A program made the position numbers and the translations under genes. The notes under the pieces were generated by a model. The model was not told the origin of the DNA. It saw only the letters and a list, made by a program, of their open reading frames with translations, and did not search any database. From Planctomycetota bacterium (GTDB taxonomy: Bacteria > Planctomycetota > Planctomycetia > Pirellulales > Pirellulaceae), in NCBI GenBank assembly GCA_039025515.1, contig JBCCOI010000001.1:6221-70220 (forward strand): 64,000 nt of DNA, in the 5' to 3' direction. Shown here one piece after another: positions 25,557 to 36,466 of this stretch. Every line of letters starts with the position of its first letter. Within the stretch, counting starts at the first letter, position 1.

Positions 25557-26279
25557 ATGCAGTATCGAGCTGTGACAACATCGGTGGAAGGATTCGTTCA
25601 ACAGATCGCCTGCTGCTACCTGCGGCATGGCTACTGGTTCTACGTGAAAGGCCGCGTGCCTGAAGGCAAGTCACCAGAATCAATCGACCGCAAGCTCATC
25701 GAGAAGTATCGCATCAACGTCAGCGAATCGACGCGGGCACGCCGCAAGAAAGCTGGACGCTCAAACCTGCAATACATTCGTCATGAATCGACGTTTGTGA
25801 TTCTTGCCACGAAGGGAGACCATCTGTTCTTTGAGGAAGAAGCAAACCTCATTCGCGACATCCGCCGCGTCCCGATTCGCTACGCGGGTTACTCCATCAG
25901 CTATAAACCCGGCGGGCGCAAGAAGGACGGCAGCAACGATGACAAGTGGCACGCCCATGTCGAGATTGACCGCGATCAATATCTCGACCTGCGAGCTTGG
26001 TTTTCTGAACGAGCGTTGCGGGATTCGCCCGACAAGCTTGCCAAAGCCTTTTACGAACTGCCAATTGCTCCTTACGCTCCGGTTCGTCGTCAGATGTTGC
26101 TGCTGCTGCGTGAAGTCAATCGTGTGCGTAAAGTTGCGGGACGCAAACAACTACCGCATGAAATTCTGCCTTTGCGAAGGAAGGTCGTTCGGCCTTTCGA
26201 GCAGCGAGCAGGACATCTACCAGCAACCGTTCGGCTCGGCAAGACACGCACTGCTAGTGCTAGTGGGTATGGCCGTTAG
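25557..26279 (+). CDS. Basic hypothetical protein of mobile elements
   Basis: GYWFYV.G.VP..K....D.KL..KY...RARRKKAGR.NLQY pattern; Arg/Lys-rich. Confidence 0.75.
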   Translation: MQYRAVTTSVEGFVQQIACCYLRHGYWFYVKGRVPEGKSPESIDRKLIEKYRINVSESTRARRKKAGRSNLQYIRHESTFVILATKGDHLFFEEEANLIRDIRRVPIRYAGYSISYKPGGRKKDGSNDDKWHAHVEIDRDQYLDLRAWFSERALRDSPDKLAKAFYELPIAPYAPVRRQMLLLLREVNRVRKVAGRKQLPHEILPLRRKVVRPFEQRAGHLPATVRLGKTRTASASGYGR

Positions 26280-26847
26280 CATGATCGTGATGACCATGAG
26301 AATCTGTTTGGTGGCTGTTTCCGCTGTGCTGGTGGCCTGATCCAAGTGCTTCCCTGAGTTGATTTCGCTGTTCATCGGAGAGGTCTGGCAGGCTGCGAAC
26401 AAAGCTGACGATCTTCCAGATGTCTTCATCGTTATGAGTTGGGCCAAGTGCGGGCATTCCCGTCATGCGAATCCCATTCTTCACAATCCAGAACAGTTCA
26501 GCATCGCTGCGTTTACTGATTGATTCGGTCAGGTCTGGTGCTGGTGGATTGAGGCCCTCGGCAAACTCCTTTGGTGGAACCTCTGGAGCACCATGACATG
26601 CAAGGCAGGTGTCGGCGTAGTGATGAAACCCAGATTGAATGGCGTGCTGGTCGCCAGCGAAGGGATTATCCACGTTCGGGACTCTCTTCGCGATTGAGCG
26701 GTTGATCGCAAACTTGGCAAGCATGGCCTCAGCAGCACTGGGCCTGTCGGTTGCTGCAAAATTGATTAATCCAGTTGCGACGAATAGTAGCGGGACAGTA
26801 ATCGAAATCAGGATTCCCAATAGGATTCCGGTCAAGAAACGCTTCAC
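26260..26847 (-). CDS. Membrane-anchored c-type cytochrome with His-rich tail
   Basis: CLACHG, GIRMTGMP, N-terminal TM, GGAGG RBS before GTG. Confidence 0.85.
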   Translation of the reverse strand: MKRFLTGILLGILISITVPLLFVATGLINFAATDRPSAAEAMLAKFAINRSIAKRVPNVDNPFAGDQHAIQSGFHHYADTCLACHGAPEVPPKEFAEGLNPPAPDLTESISKRSDAELFWIVKNGIRMTGMPALGPTHNDEDIWKIVSFVRSLPDLSDEQRNQLREALGSGHQHSGNSHQTDSHGHHDHANGHTH

Positions 26848-26944
26848 ACTCAGGCTCCTCCAATACGAAGTTCTCCTGTGCGAACCTAACATGAGTGTGC
26901 ATCCGTAAACCAGCGAACGATATCCCCACGAAATTGCTCCTTGA

Positions 26945-27343
26945 TTAGCTCAGCCATTGATAAAGAATGAACGCGGAGCCGACCAGAAAGTCGTAGGCGG
27001 CACAGAACGGCGGATAGAATTCGCCTGTGTTCAGCTCAAGCCAGCCTCGATGATGGAGCAAGTCCCAGACGCCGTGCAGCAGCAGGCCAACACCAATGAG
27101 CATCGGCGAATACTGAAATCCGACCGCAGCGATCACGACGAACGAAAACGCGACAATCGTCTCAACGACGATCTTCCGTCCGCTTCCTTCAGCGATCGCC
27201 ATCCCGACATAGACGCCGGGGATGATCAGCAGGACGATGAAGTGCCCAAGCGTGGCATCGACGCCGGGAAGCAAATAGATCGCACCTACCGTCAAGAGTG
27301 CGAACGCGAAGGCTGCCACGCACGGCTTGAACCAGCTCGTCAT
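26945..27343 (-). CDS. Small integral membrane protein (DUF6010-like)
   Basis: Four to five TM segments, HGVWDLLHH, YPPFCAAYD. Confidence 0.7.
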   Translation of the reverse strand: MTSWFKPCVAAFAFALLTVGAIYLLPGVDATLGHFIVLLIIPGVYVGMAIAEGSGRKIVVETIVAFSFVVIAAVGFQYSPMLIGVGLLLHGVWDLLHHRGWLELNTGEFYPPFCAAYDFLVGSAFILYQWLS

Positions 27344-27453
27344 GCTATGGCTCCAGTTCGCCAATACGTGGGAAATGTGGAGCCGACCACACTCCCGCGT
27401 ACGCCAGCGAGGACGGCGTACGCGGGGCGGACGTTTTCATGTCTGGCAACGAG

Positions 27454-27786
27454 CTACGCGGCCATTGAGCCACAGGTTTCGGCACAGGCTCGGCAGGCTT
27501 CGACGCATTTGTCCATGCCTCCAACTTTTTCACAACTGTCTGCACAGGCCCGGCAGATTTCAGCACAGGCTTTGCAGTAGAGCGCGTGGTGGTCGGAATT
27601 CCGCGACATGAAGTCAACGCATGCGGCACAGGCGGCAATGCAATCGAGCATCAGCTTGACGTGCTCCTGCCCCGTGTGGTCCCCTCCTTCTTTCAAGCAA
27701 TGCTCGCTGAGCGTTTGGGCACAGGTCACCTGACACTCGTGGCAATTCTGGATACAGGTCTCGTGGGAAGTTGCTGTCTGGGTCAT
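27454..27786 (-). CDS. Four-helix-bundle copper storage protein (Csp3/DUF326)
   Basis: Repeated CxxxCxxC motifs, no signal peptide, AGGAG RBS. Confidence 0.88.
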   Translation of the reverse strand: MTQTATSHETCIQNCHECQVTCAQTLSEHCLKEGGDHTGQEHVKLMLDCIAACAACVDFMSRNSDHHALYCKACAEICRACADSCEKVGGMDKCVEACRACAETCGSMAA

Positions 27787-27859
27787 CGTTTTCTCCTTTT
27801 CTATTTTATTCGTCTGAGCAAACCGTTCACTCAGCCCTTGGCTTTTCCTCGCAAACGGC

Positions 27860-27876
27860 ATACCGTATGGGGGTAT
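27860..27876. promoter_or_regulatory. CsoR-type operator between csp and copA
   Basis: ATACCGTATGGGGGTAT (ATACC-N7-GGTAT). Confidence 0.75.
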
Positions 27877-27937
27877 CCGGCGTAGAATTAGCAGGAGAGC
27901 TTGAGAAGGGCCATGAGCCAGATCATAAAGGGATAAA

Positions 27938-30322
27938 ATGAGCAAAACGGACACCCACACAGTCGACCCTGTCTGCGGCATGACGGTCGATTTGGAATCA
28001 GCGCGGTCGTCGAGCCACCAAGGCGAGGACTACTTCTTTTGCAGCGAATCCTGCCAGAAGAAGTTTGAGAATAATCCGTCAGCGGTGCTCGCAAAAGCTG
28101 CCCAGCGGGAAGCCGAGATGCACGGCAACTCGGGCGGCGAGCATAGCTGCTGCTCGCACGGCGGAGGCAGAGAGTCCGTTAAGAAGCAGACGGTCAGTGA
28201 TCCGAAAGCCATCTATACCTGTCCAATGCACCCGGAAGTGGAGCAAGTTGGTCCGGGTGATTGTCCCATCTGTGGCATGGACCTCGAACCGAAATTCGTC
28301 GATATGGCGGACGAGAGTGACGACGGCCAGTATCGGGATATGAAACGTCGTTTCTGGGTGGGCGTGCTTCTCTCTGTGCCATTGCTGATACTGGCGATGG
28401 GACCGATGGTCGGCCTGAATCTGGCCGAAGCAATGTCTGATCAGGTTTTCGGTTGGTTGCAACTCGCGTTGGCAACGCCGGTTGTATTTTGGTGCGGCTG
28501 GCCGCTGTTGGTTCGCGGAGTGAAGTCGTTTCGCACATTGAACCTCAATATGTTCTCGCTGATTGCAGTGGGAACGCTGGCCGCGTTTCTATTCAGCCTG
28601 TTTGTTGTGCTGTTTCCGGGGATGATCCCCGAAGCATTCTTCGAGAACGGAAAGCCGCCGCTCTACTTTGAGGCTGCTGCGGTGATCATCACGCTTGTGC
28701 TTTTGGGGCAGGTGTTGGAACTGCGTGCTCGTCAGCAAACCGGTGGTGCAATTCGCGAACTCATGCAGCTTGCTCCCGAGACTGCTCATCGCATCACAGA
28801 GGACGGAGAAGAGGAAGTTGCACTCGGCGATGTGCATCAGGGCGACAGGCTTCGCGTGCGACCGGGCGAGAAGGTGCCGGTGGACGGACGGGTTGTCAGT
28901 GGGAGCAGCAGTGTTGACGAGTCGATGCTCACGGGCGAACCGATTCCCGTGAAGAAAACCGAAGGTGATGAGATCACAGGTGGGACACTCAATCAAACCG
29001 GTGCGTTGGTCATGGAAACGGTAGGCGTTGGTGGTGATACCGTGCTGCATCGCATTGTGCAGATGGTTGCCGAAGCTCAACGAAGCCGTGCCCCGATTCA
29101 GAAGCTGGTCGATGTTGTATCGCGATACTTCGTTCCGGCCGTGATAATTATTTCGATACTCGCTTTCATAGGCTGGGCTGCGTTTGGACCGGAGCCTCGA
29201 CTGGCTCATGCGTTTGTCGCATCAGTCGCCGTGCTGATTATTGCTTGTCCGTGTGCGTTGGGATTGGCAACACCAATGTCGGTAATGGTGGGTGTGGGTC
29301 GCGGTGCGAAGGAAGGAGTTTTGATCAAGAATGCAGAAGTTCTCGAAGTCATGGAAGATGTGGATACGGTTGTTGTGGACAAGACCGGAACGTTGACTCA
29401 AGGGCGACCGGAAGTGACGGGGATCGAAACCTTCAGTGATTGGGAAGAGAACGACATACTGCGACTGGCTGCCGCAGTCGAGGCTCAAAGCGAGCATCCT
29501 TTGGCTCAAGCTGTGGTCCGACGGGCCAAGAGCGATGAGTTGCCGGTCTCTGATGCAACTGATTTCAACAGCATCACCGGTGGCGGAGTGAAGGCAACTG
29601 TCGAAGGCCACGAAGTTCTGATCGGGAAGGCTGATTTGCTCGATGAAAAGTCAATTGCCGGTGTCGATGCCGGACGGGAGCGAGCATCCGGGCACCAATC
29701 CGAAGGAGCAACGGTGATCTTCGTTGCGATCGACGACAAACTCGCTGCAATCATGGCGGTTACTGATCCCATCAAGGAGAGTACGCCTGCTGCTTTGCAG
29801 ACACTGCACGAACTTGGCCTAAACGTCGTCATGCTAACCGGTGATGCTCAGCCAACCGCAAAGGCCGTCGCTGAGAAGCTCGGCATCGACGAATTTCATG
29901 CTGGAGTTTCGCCGGAAGACAAACACGAATTCGTGAAACGACTCAAGTCCGAAGGCAAAGTCGTTGCGATGGCGGGTGACGGCATCAACGACGCTCCTGC
30001 ACTGGCAGAGTCGAATGTTGGAATCGCGATGGGAACGGGAACCGGGGTCGCGATCGAATCAGCGGGAGTAACGCTGGTTGGCGGCGACTTGCGTGGAGTT
30101 GCGGCGGCGAACAACCTCAGTCGCAAGACGATGAGCAACATTCGCCAGAATTTGTTTTTCGCCTTCATCTACAACGCACTGGGTGTGCCGGTAGCTGCTG
30201 GACTGCTCTATCCGTTCTTCGGCGTCTTGCTGAGTCCGATGATCGCCGCTGCGGCAATGAGTTTCAGTAGCGTGTCGGTGATCGCAAATGCCCTCCGTCT
30301 GCGAGCAGCGAAATTGGCTTAG
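27938..30322 (+). CDS. copA: Cu(I)-exporting P1B-type ATPase with YHS and heavy-metal-binding domains
   Basis: DPVCGM..FCS, YTCPMHP, TGE, CPCALG, DKTGT, HP, GDGIND, YN/MxxSS. Confidence 0.95.
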   Translation: MSKTDTHTVDPVCGMTVDLESARSSSHQGEDYFFCSESCQKKFENNPSAVLAKAAQREAEMHGNSGGEHSCCSHGGGRESVKKQTVSDPKAIYTCPMHPEVEQVGPGDCPICGMDLEPKFVDMADESDDGQYRDMKRRFWVGVLLSVPLLILAMGPMVGLNLAEAMSDQVFGWLQLALATPVVFWCGWPLLVRGVKSFRTLNLNMFSLIAVGTLAAFLFSLFVVLFPGMIPEAFFENGKPPLYFEAAAVIITLVLLGQVLELRARQQTGGAIRELMQLAPETAHRITEDGEEEVALGDVHQGDRLRVRPGEKVPVDGRVVSGSSSVDESMLTGEPIPVKKTEGDEITGGTLNQTGALVMETVGVGGDTVLHRIVQMVAEAQRSRAPIQKLVDVVSRYFVPAVIIISILAFIGWAAFGPEPRLAHAFVASVAVLIIACPCALGLATPMSVMVGVGRGAKEGVLIKNAEVLEVMEDVDTVVVDKTGTLTQGRPEVTGIETFSDWEENDILRLAAAVEAQSEHPLAQAVVRRAKSDELPVSDATDFNSITGGGVKATVEGHEVLIGKADLLDEKSIAGVDAGRERASGHQSEGATVIFVAIDDKLAAIMAVTDPIKESTPAALQTLHELGLNVVMLTGDAQPTAKAVAEKLGIDEFHAGVSPEDKHEFVKRLKSEGKVVAMAGDGINDAPALAESNVGIAMGTGTGVAIESAGVTLVGGDLRGVAAANNLSRKTMSNIRQNLFFAFIYNALGVPVAAGLLYPFFGVLLSPMIAAAAMSFSSVSVIANALRLRAAKLA

Positions 30323-30403
30323 CGACATTCAGTCTGCAAAGTCTCCCCAGTCCGCAAAACCGACTAGGTGCGGTTCGTTTTGCGAATTCGACTAAATTCG
30401 TTT

Positions 30404-30420
30404 ATACCCTTGTAGGGTAT
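30404..30420. promoter_or_regulatory. CsoR-type operator upstream of the tolC-multicopper oxidase operon
   Basis: ATACCCTTGTAGGGTAT. Confidence 0.75.
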
Positions 30421-30477
30421 CCGACGATGGAAGTCGTACGGGATTTCATGGACGAAAACCGGAGGTCGAAACAGGTC

Positions 30478-31902
30478 ATGCAAAAGTATTCTGTCGCATC
30501 AGCCGCCGTGCTGGTGTTCGTTTTTCACAGCGTTGCCGGAGCACAGGAGCCTTTACAGCCCCCGGTTCGAGTCGCCGAACCACCGGCAGCAGCCGCTGGA
30601 AGCCGCTTCATCAGCCCACCTGCTCGACCCACGCAACCTGCTTCGGTAGGTGACACGCCTTTAGGGCAAGGAGAGATTCTTGACCTAGAAACGGTGTTAT
30701 CGCTGGCGACTCAAAACAATCCCACGCTACAGCAGGCTCGTTTGCAGGTTTCCGCCGAGCTGGCAAAGGCTCAACAGGCGGGTTTGTATCCGAATCCCAC
30801 GCTGGCGTACTCAGGTGAGCAAATCTTCGTCGATGTCGAAGGTGACAAGGATTCGCCGGGTGAGTTTCAAGGCGGAATTATCTCTCAGCGATTCGTGACT
30901 GCCGGAAAACTCAGTCTCAGCCGTGAAAAGTACATGCGACGCGCTCACGTGACAGAACACTTGGCGGTCGCACAGCAATATCGCGTATGCAACGACGTGC
31001 GGATTCATTTCTACCGAACGCTCGCCGCCCAGCAGCGGCTGGAAATGCACCGTGAGTTGCTCAAGACGGCAGAAGATACAGCGATTACAGCCCGTGAACT
31101 CTACAACGTTGGTCAGGCCAACCGGTATGACGTCCGCAAGTCGAATGTGACGCTTCAGCGAACGCGACTCGATGTACAAAGAGCTGAACATGAATACCGA
31201 ATGCGATTCCGCGAACTCACGTCACTCGTTGGACTTGAGTTACCGATTGGAAACGTTGTCGGCACGCTTGCAACGACGCAACCGCTTGAGACTTACGACG
31301 AGTCGTTAGCCCGCATTGTGCGTGAAAGTCCGGAAGTGCTTGCAGCCAAAGCGAAACTGGCAGCCGATCGTGTCACGATCGAACGCGAGGAAGTGGAATG
31401 GATTCCTGACATCGTTGTTTCCGCCGGTAGTGGCTACAACTTCGATGCCAAAGAAACGGTAGCGGTTGCGGATATCAGCATCGAGATTCCACTGTTTGAC
31501 CGCAATCAAGGAACAATCAATCAAGCCCGAGCCGACTTCAATCGCCAACGACGTGAAGTTCGACGAACAGAGCTTACATTGCGGCAGCGTTTGGCGATGG
31601 TCTACGAAGAGTACGCGATGGCGTTTGAACACGCCTCAGAGTATCGCGACACAATCGTTCCTGAAATGAAGGCAGCTTATCGAGAGTTGCTGTCCAGCTA
31701 CAAGCAGAACCGCATTGAGTGGCCTGAAGTGCTGGCGGCTCAGTCGGACTATGCGGAAGTGCGACTCGCTCAGATCAACTACGAAGAGCAATTGCGACGA
31801 AGCGAGGTTTTGATTCAGGGTTACTTGCTTGATGGGGGACTCAATGCCGCCTCTGGCCCGATGCCTGCTGGTCACATCGACTCCGTGCCGAAACCACGCT
31901 AA
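30478..31902 (+). CDS. TolC-family outer membrane protein
   Basis: Signal peptide, NNPTL..A, AGLYPNP, IPLFDRNQG. Confidence 0.88.
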   Translation: MQKYSVASAAVLVFVFHSVAGAQEPLQPPVRVAEPPAAAAGSRFISPPARPTQPASVGDTPLGQGEILDLETVLSLATQNNPTLQQARLQVSAELAKAQQAGLYPNPTLAYSGEQIFVDVEGDKDSPGEFQGGIISQRFVTAGKLSLSREKYMRRAHVTEHLAVAQQYRVCNDVRIHFYRTLAAQQRLEMHRELLKTAEDTAITARELYNVGQANRYDVRKSNVTLQRTRLDVQRAEHEYRMRFRELTSLVGLELPIGNVVGTLATTQPLETYDESLARIVRESPEVLAAKAKLAADRVTIEREEVEWIPDIVVSAGSGYNFDAKETVAVADISIEIPLFDRNQGTINQARADFNRQRREVRRTELTLRQRLAMVYEEYAMAFEHASEYRDTIVPEMKAAYRELLSSYKQNRIEWPEVLAAQSDYAEVRLAQINYEEQLRRSEVLIQGYLLDGGLNAASGPMPAGHIDSVPKPR

Positions 31903-31916
31903 CTGAGGACAGGACT

Positions 31917-33461
31917 ATGAAAGACGAAGAAAAATCAAAACTGCTGCAATCGGTCGGTCGGCGTGAATTCATCACCAAAGGAACAATGGCAGCCGCCACG
32001 GGAGTGACGGCGGCAATGCTGGCTTCCGCCGCATCGGCACAGGAAGCGATGAAGATGCAACACGGTCACGGACATTCACCGAAACAGATCGGCAGTCCAG
32101 ATGCCGCACCGAATATTCCGGCAGGAGCCGACGTTCGCGAAGAATACGATGGTTTCTCGCGATTCAAACCGGGACGCGGCAATGATCCCGATTCCGACTA
32201 CTATCTGGGAAAACTGGTACCGGGATTTCGCAAAGTTGAGGACGGTCCGGCTCCGTTTGAGGCACCGGACTTGGAGAAGCTGCCGTGGAAGATGGTCAAC
32301 GGTGCCAAAGAATTCCACTTGGTGCCGATGGCGGTCGAGCGGGAATTTCATCCCGGCGTCAAAATGAACGTCTACGGTTACAACGGAAGCATGCCGGGAC
32401 CGACCATTGAGGTGAATCAGGGTGACCGAGTGCGGATTGTCGTCACCAATGAATTGCCTGAAGACACCTTCGTCCACTGGCACGGATTTGAATTACCGGT
32501 CCAGTACGATGGGGCAGCGACGCTCAATCAGGAACCGATCAGACCCGGCAAGACATTCGTCTACGAATTTGACGTCCACGAAGAAGGCACCTTCTTCTAC
32601 CACTCTCACGTCGCAATGCAGGAGGCGTTTGGTCAGGTTGGTTGGTTTATCGTGCATCCGAGGAAGGTGTTTGATCCGCCTGTGGACCGCGACTTCGGAT
32701 TGATTTTCCAAAACTTCTTTATCGGACCAAACCAAACAGTCTCCGATAGTTGGTCGATGGATTGGAACTGGCACACCATCAATGGACGCAGCGGTCCGTA
32801 CACGACACCGTTGGTCTGCAAACACGGCGAACGAGTCCGCGTTCGTCTGCTCAATTTTGCTCCGATGCAGCACCATCCGATTCACATGCACGGACACACG
32901 TTCTGGGTGACAGGACATGAGGGAGCGCGTGCTCCCAAAAGTACGTGGATTCCTCGAAACAACGAATTGGTGGGTGTCGCTCAGGCGTCCGATTTCGAGT
33001 TCATCGCCAACAATCCCGGTGACTGGATTTTTCACTGCCACATGGTTCACCACATGATGAACCACATGACAAAGCAAGTGGGACCACGAATACGCCAGAC
33101 CTCGCTGGACCGCTACTTGGCGAATTTGGACAGTCGGCCGGTTGCAGAAGCTCCGCAGGGGGAGGGATTCAATACGCCGGGCTACCCTCAGAAGATGATG
33201 GGGATGTCCATGAGCGAAAAGGACATGAAAATCTACTGGAGTCGCCGCGAGGTTCAGGGGATGAGAGCGAATTACCTGATGGCAGTCAAAGGATTGATGA
33301 CCGTCATGCGTGTGCTTCCCGATGACCTTTATCGCTTGGTGATGGAAACCGACCAGAAGATTGAGAAAGGAGCAGTCTTTTCCGAGATCGTCCGCCGCTT
33401 TGGTGATCCGGACCACTACGTGCCCGCTCCGAAGCACTCCATGATGAACATGAAGGGCTGA
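31917..33461 (+). CDS. Tat-exported two-domain multicopper oxidase
   Basis: RREF Tat motif, HWHG, YHSH, HPIHMHGH, HCHMVHH. Confidence 0.92.
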   Translation: MKDEEKSKLLQSVGRREFITKGTMAAATGVTAAMLASAASAQEAMKMQHGHGHSPKQIGSPDAAPNIPAGADVREEYDGFSRFKPGRGNDPDSDYYLGKLVPGFRKVEDGPAPFEAPDLEKLPWKMVNGAKEFHLVPMAVEREFHPGVKMNVYGYNGSMPGPTIEVNQGDRVRIVVTNELPEDTFVHWHGFELPVQYDGAATLNQEPIRPGKTFVYEFDVHEEGTFFYHSHVAMQEAFGQVGWFIVHPRKVFDPPVDRDFGLIFQNFFIGPNQTVSDSWSMDWNWHTINGRSGPYTTPLVCKHGERVRVRLLNFAPMQHHPIHMHGHTFWVTGHEGARAPKSTWIPRNNELVGVAQASDFEFIANNPGDWIFHCHMVHHMMNHMTKQVGPRIRQTSLDRYLANLDSRPVAEAPQGEGFNTPGYPQKMMGMSMSEKDMKIYWSRREVQGMRANYLMAVKGLMTVMRVLPDDLYRLVMETDQKIEKGAVFSEIVRRFGDPDHYVPAPKHSMMNMKG

Positions 33462-33571
33462 TCCTGTCCCCAATCCCCGAAATACGCTAGAATCTGACGT
33501 TCGCTGAACGCTGCCTGTGTGTCATGGTTGAATAGCGAAACACGATGATAACGGTGTCACCGGTAGGGAAC

Positions 33572-33859
33572 ATGCTGAAGTCCGACGAAAAAAAGAAGGT
33601 GCTGAACCGAATCAGGCGAATCAACGGTCAGGTTGAGGCGGTTGGTCGGATGATTGACGACGAAGAGTATTGCGTCGACGTGTTGATGCAGATTTCTGCG
33701 GCAACCGGTGCCTTGGCCAAGGTTGGACAAATTGTGCTGGAAAATCATCTGAAAACCTGCGTCACCGAAGCGATGAAGAACAACGATACCAAGGACCGAG
33801 AAGAAAAGCTGGAAGAGCTGATTAAGCTCTTTCGCAAGTACGCCGGTGTAATTGATTGA
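33572..33859 (+). CDS. csoR: CsoR-family copper-sensing repressor
   Basis: RIRRINGQV, YCVDVL.Q, HLKTC (C-H-C fingerprint). Confidence 0.9.
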   Translation: MLKSDEKKKVLNRIRRINGQVEAVGRMIDDEEYCVDVLMQISAATGALAKVGQIVLENHLKTCVTEAMKNNDTKDREEKLEELIKLFRKYAGVID

Positions 33860-34923
33860 ACGGGGCCGGAGCTTTGCTGTGTACGGTCGCTGGGCTGCTG
33901 CTCACATCGGCCAGCATCTTTGAAACGTGGATGGCGGTGTTGTATCCACGTGCGGTGACCGGGCCAATCACCGCATTGACCTATCGGGTCTATCACCACA
34001 TCTCGCAACGTGTGCTCGGACCGAAAAGCAAGTTGCTTCTCTTTAGCGGGCCGGTACTGATTGTGACTCAGGCCACCGTCTGGGCTACGCTGCTGCTGCT
34101 TGGTGTCAGTCTGATTGTGTGGCCGCAACTTGCAGTGGGCATTGTCAGTCCCAATGCGTCGGCAACAGAAACGAACTTTGTCACGGCGGTCTACTACGCA
34201 GGATTCTCGATAACGACTCTCGGGGTGGGTGATCTCGTTCCCAAGACCGCTTTTGCCCGATTGGTGACAATCACCGCCGCAGCCATTGGCTTCAGTTTCT
34301 TCACGCTGGTTTTGGCCTACATCATTTCGGTCTACAGCGCCCTTGGCAGACGCAATCAGTTCGCTTCTGAAATCGATTACCGCACGGGAAGAACCGGGGA
34401 CACGCTGGCCTACCTGCGGCTTTACCTTGCCAGCAATGATCCTGCATTGCTCAACCAAGACCTGTGTGATTTGGCGTCGAAGCTGGCTGACCTACTTGAG
34501 TCGCATCACTTCTATCCAGCACTGCACTACTTTCGTTTCAGTGAGCCGAGATATGCAATGAGTCGTATGCTGCGATTCTGTTTGGAAACGGCATCGCTGT
34601 TGCGGGCACTTGGTGAAGTGCAACCCGACCAGTCGGCGGTGAACTCCGAAGCGGTCCAGCGACTTTGGCACGCGAGTTTGCAGTTGCTGGAGGATGCCAA
34701 AGAACATTTCGTGATCTGCCGAGTCTCTCGTGACGATGTGGACCTGACTTTGGCCACACGGTTTTTGGATCAGGTTCGCTCGATGGTCTCCGATCAATCT
34801 ATGGTTGACGACGATAAATTCGCCTCCGCATATTCATCGAGTTGTCACAAATGGTCTAACGACTTGGCCTCGCTGGAGCAATGCACGATGACCTCCAACC
34901 ATTGCTACCACGAATCCGCCTAA
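33856..34923 (+). CDS. Potassium channel family (Ion_trans_2) protein
   Basis: YYAGFSITTLGVGD pore loop, HHFYPALHYF. Confidence 0.82.
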   Translation: MNGAGALLCTVAGLLLTSASIFETWMAVLYPRAVTGPITALTYRVYHHISQRVLGPKSKLLLFSGPVLIVTQATVWATLLLLGVSLIVWPQLAVGIVSPNASATETNFVTAVYYAGFSITTLGVGDLVPKTAFARLVTITAAAIGFSFFTLVLAYIISVYSALGRRNQFASEIDYRTGRTGDTLAYLRLYLASNDPALLNQDLCDLASKLADLLESHHFYPALHYFRFSEPRYAMSRMLRFCLETASLLRALGEVQPDQSAVNSEAVQRLWHASLQLLEDAKEHFVICRVSRDDVDLTLATRFLDQVRSMVSDQSMVDDDKFASAYSSSCHKWSNDLASLEQCTMTSNHCYHESA

Positions 34924-35012
34924 TTCTCTCTCGGCTGGCTGAAGAAACTGAATTCTCGTGCATCAAACGGTTTGGAACGTTGCGCCGTAAGAGCAGGAGA
35001 ATCTATTTTTTG

Positions 35013-36458
35013 ATGAATCTTGAATTCTGGAAACGCCTACCAATCCGTCGTCAGTTGATGCTGGCCGTCAACGGCTTGCTGTTGCTGGTCGTCGTGCTCT
35101 TCTTAATCGTTGGTCACGGGCTGCGAATTCGTGACGCCAAACAGGAGAAGCAAATTGCGCTCGTCGAAGAGGCGAAGACCATCTATGAGTCGGTCGATGC
35201 AATCGCCAATCGAGGCAATGAGTCCATCCAGCAGTTGATTGACGATGTGTGTGCCCGCATGAATACGACCGAATCGCCGGGGCATCACATCGCTGTCGAG
35301 TGGCAGGGAAGTTCAATGCAGGCCAAGTCGCATGGCCGAGCGTCACACGACATGTTTCAAGCGATGCGGGAAGCAGGCGAACAAGGCGGGCATCGGGCGT
35401 CCGGTTCGCACTCACTGGTCGTCGCGAAGTTTGAGGGGCCTCTTGGCACGATCTACATTTCTGAGTCTGAAGAGTCGGTCCTGCGGAATGCTCGTCAGGA
35501 ACTGCTCCGTCAAATTCTTGGCGTCCTTGCTGCGGGCGTGCTGGCAGGCTTAATGGTCAATCTTGTTCTCAGGCGGGTTGTGACCAAGCCACTGCGGCGA
35601 CTGGTCACAACACTGGGCCGAATTGGTGACGGTGATCTGGATGCTGAAGTGGAGCAGCGCAGTTGTGAAGAACTGAATTACCTTTCAGAGCAGGTCAATG
35701 TCATGACGCGAAAGCTGGCAGCGGCAGACCGAGACCGACGCCTTCACATGAAGAAAGCCCGGGACATTCAGCAACACCTGCGTCCGACGAATGGAAAAAT
35801 GGAGGGTATTCAGACGGCTGAACTCTTTGAACCAGCAGACGATGTTGGTGGCGATTACTACGACGTGCTTCCGTTGAGCGAGCATCAGTGTCTATTGTGT
35901 CTTGCGGACGTATCGGGCCACGGTGTACCGGCAGCGATGGCCGCGACGGTAATCAAAGCACTCGTGTTGGAAGCCATTGAGGTAACGCACAGCCCGGCAG
36001 AGATACTCAATCGCATCAATCGTCGCTACGCGGAGATCATCATGGATGGTCACTTTGCGACGATGGTCGTTGTTGTGGTCGACCACAAGGAGAAGACGCT
36101 CACCTGCGCGAACGCCGGACACGAGCATCCCTTTGTTCAGGAGCCGGAGAACGCCGTGCGTCGACTTGAAGCCAGCGATCTTCTGCTGGGTGTTGATGAG
36201 AACATGACTTTCTCGGAAGAAACGATTCCGGTGGCGAGTGGAACGAGAATTGTGCTGGTGTCTGACGGAGTGACTGAAATGTTTGATCCGGAAGACAACC
36301 AGTTTGGTACCGAACGAGTCAGCCGAGTCATGGAATCTTCAGCGGCGTTGGACGCACGACAACTTGTCGATGATTTCTCTGAGGCACTCGCCAGATTTCG
36401 TCAGTCTCGACCGCCATTTGACGACACGACCTTACTGGCAGCCGTGCTGAATAGTTGA
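35013..36458 (+). CDS. HAMP + PP2C (SpoIIE-type) phosphatase
   Basis: Two TM, HAMP, VGGDYYD, ADVSGHG, NAGH, SDG, DDTT. Confidence 0.9.
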   Translation: MNLEFWKRLPIRRQLMLAVNGLLLLVVVLFLIVGHGLRIRDAKQEKQIALVEEAKTIYESVDAIANRGNESIQQLIDDVCARMNTTESPGHHIAVEWQGSSMQAKSHGRASHDMFQAMREAGEQGGHRASGSHSLVVAKFEGPLGTIYISESEESVLRNARQELLRQILGVLAAGVLAGLMVNLVLRRVVTKPLRRLVTTLGRIGDGDLDAEVEQRSCEELNYLSEQVNVMTRKLAAADRDRRLHMKKARDIQQHLRPTNGKMEGIQTAELFEPADDVGGDYYDVLPLSEHQCLLCLADVSGHGVPAAMAATVIKALVLEAIEVTHSPAEILNRINRRYAEIIMDGHFATMVVVVVDHKEKTLTCANAGHEHPFVQEPENAVRRLEASDLLLGVDENMTFSEETIPVASGTRIVLVSDGVTEMFDPEDNQFGTERVSRVMESSAALDARQLVDDFSEALARFRQSRPPFDDTTLLAAVLNS

Positions 36459-36466
36459 GGAAACAT

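Noticed and set aside
32493-33473. Long antisense ORFs (e.g. 326 aa here, 277 aa at 41371, 241 aa at 53537)
   Set aside because: Shadows of well-supported genes on the opposite strand in GC-rich DNA
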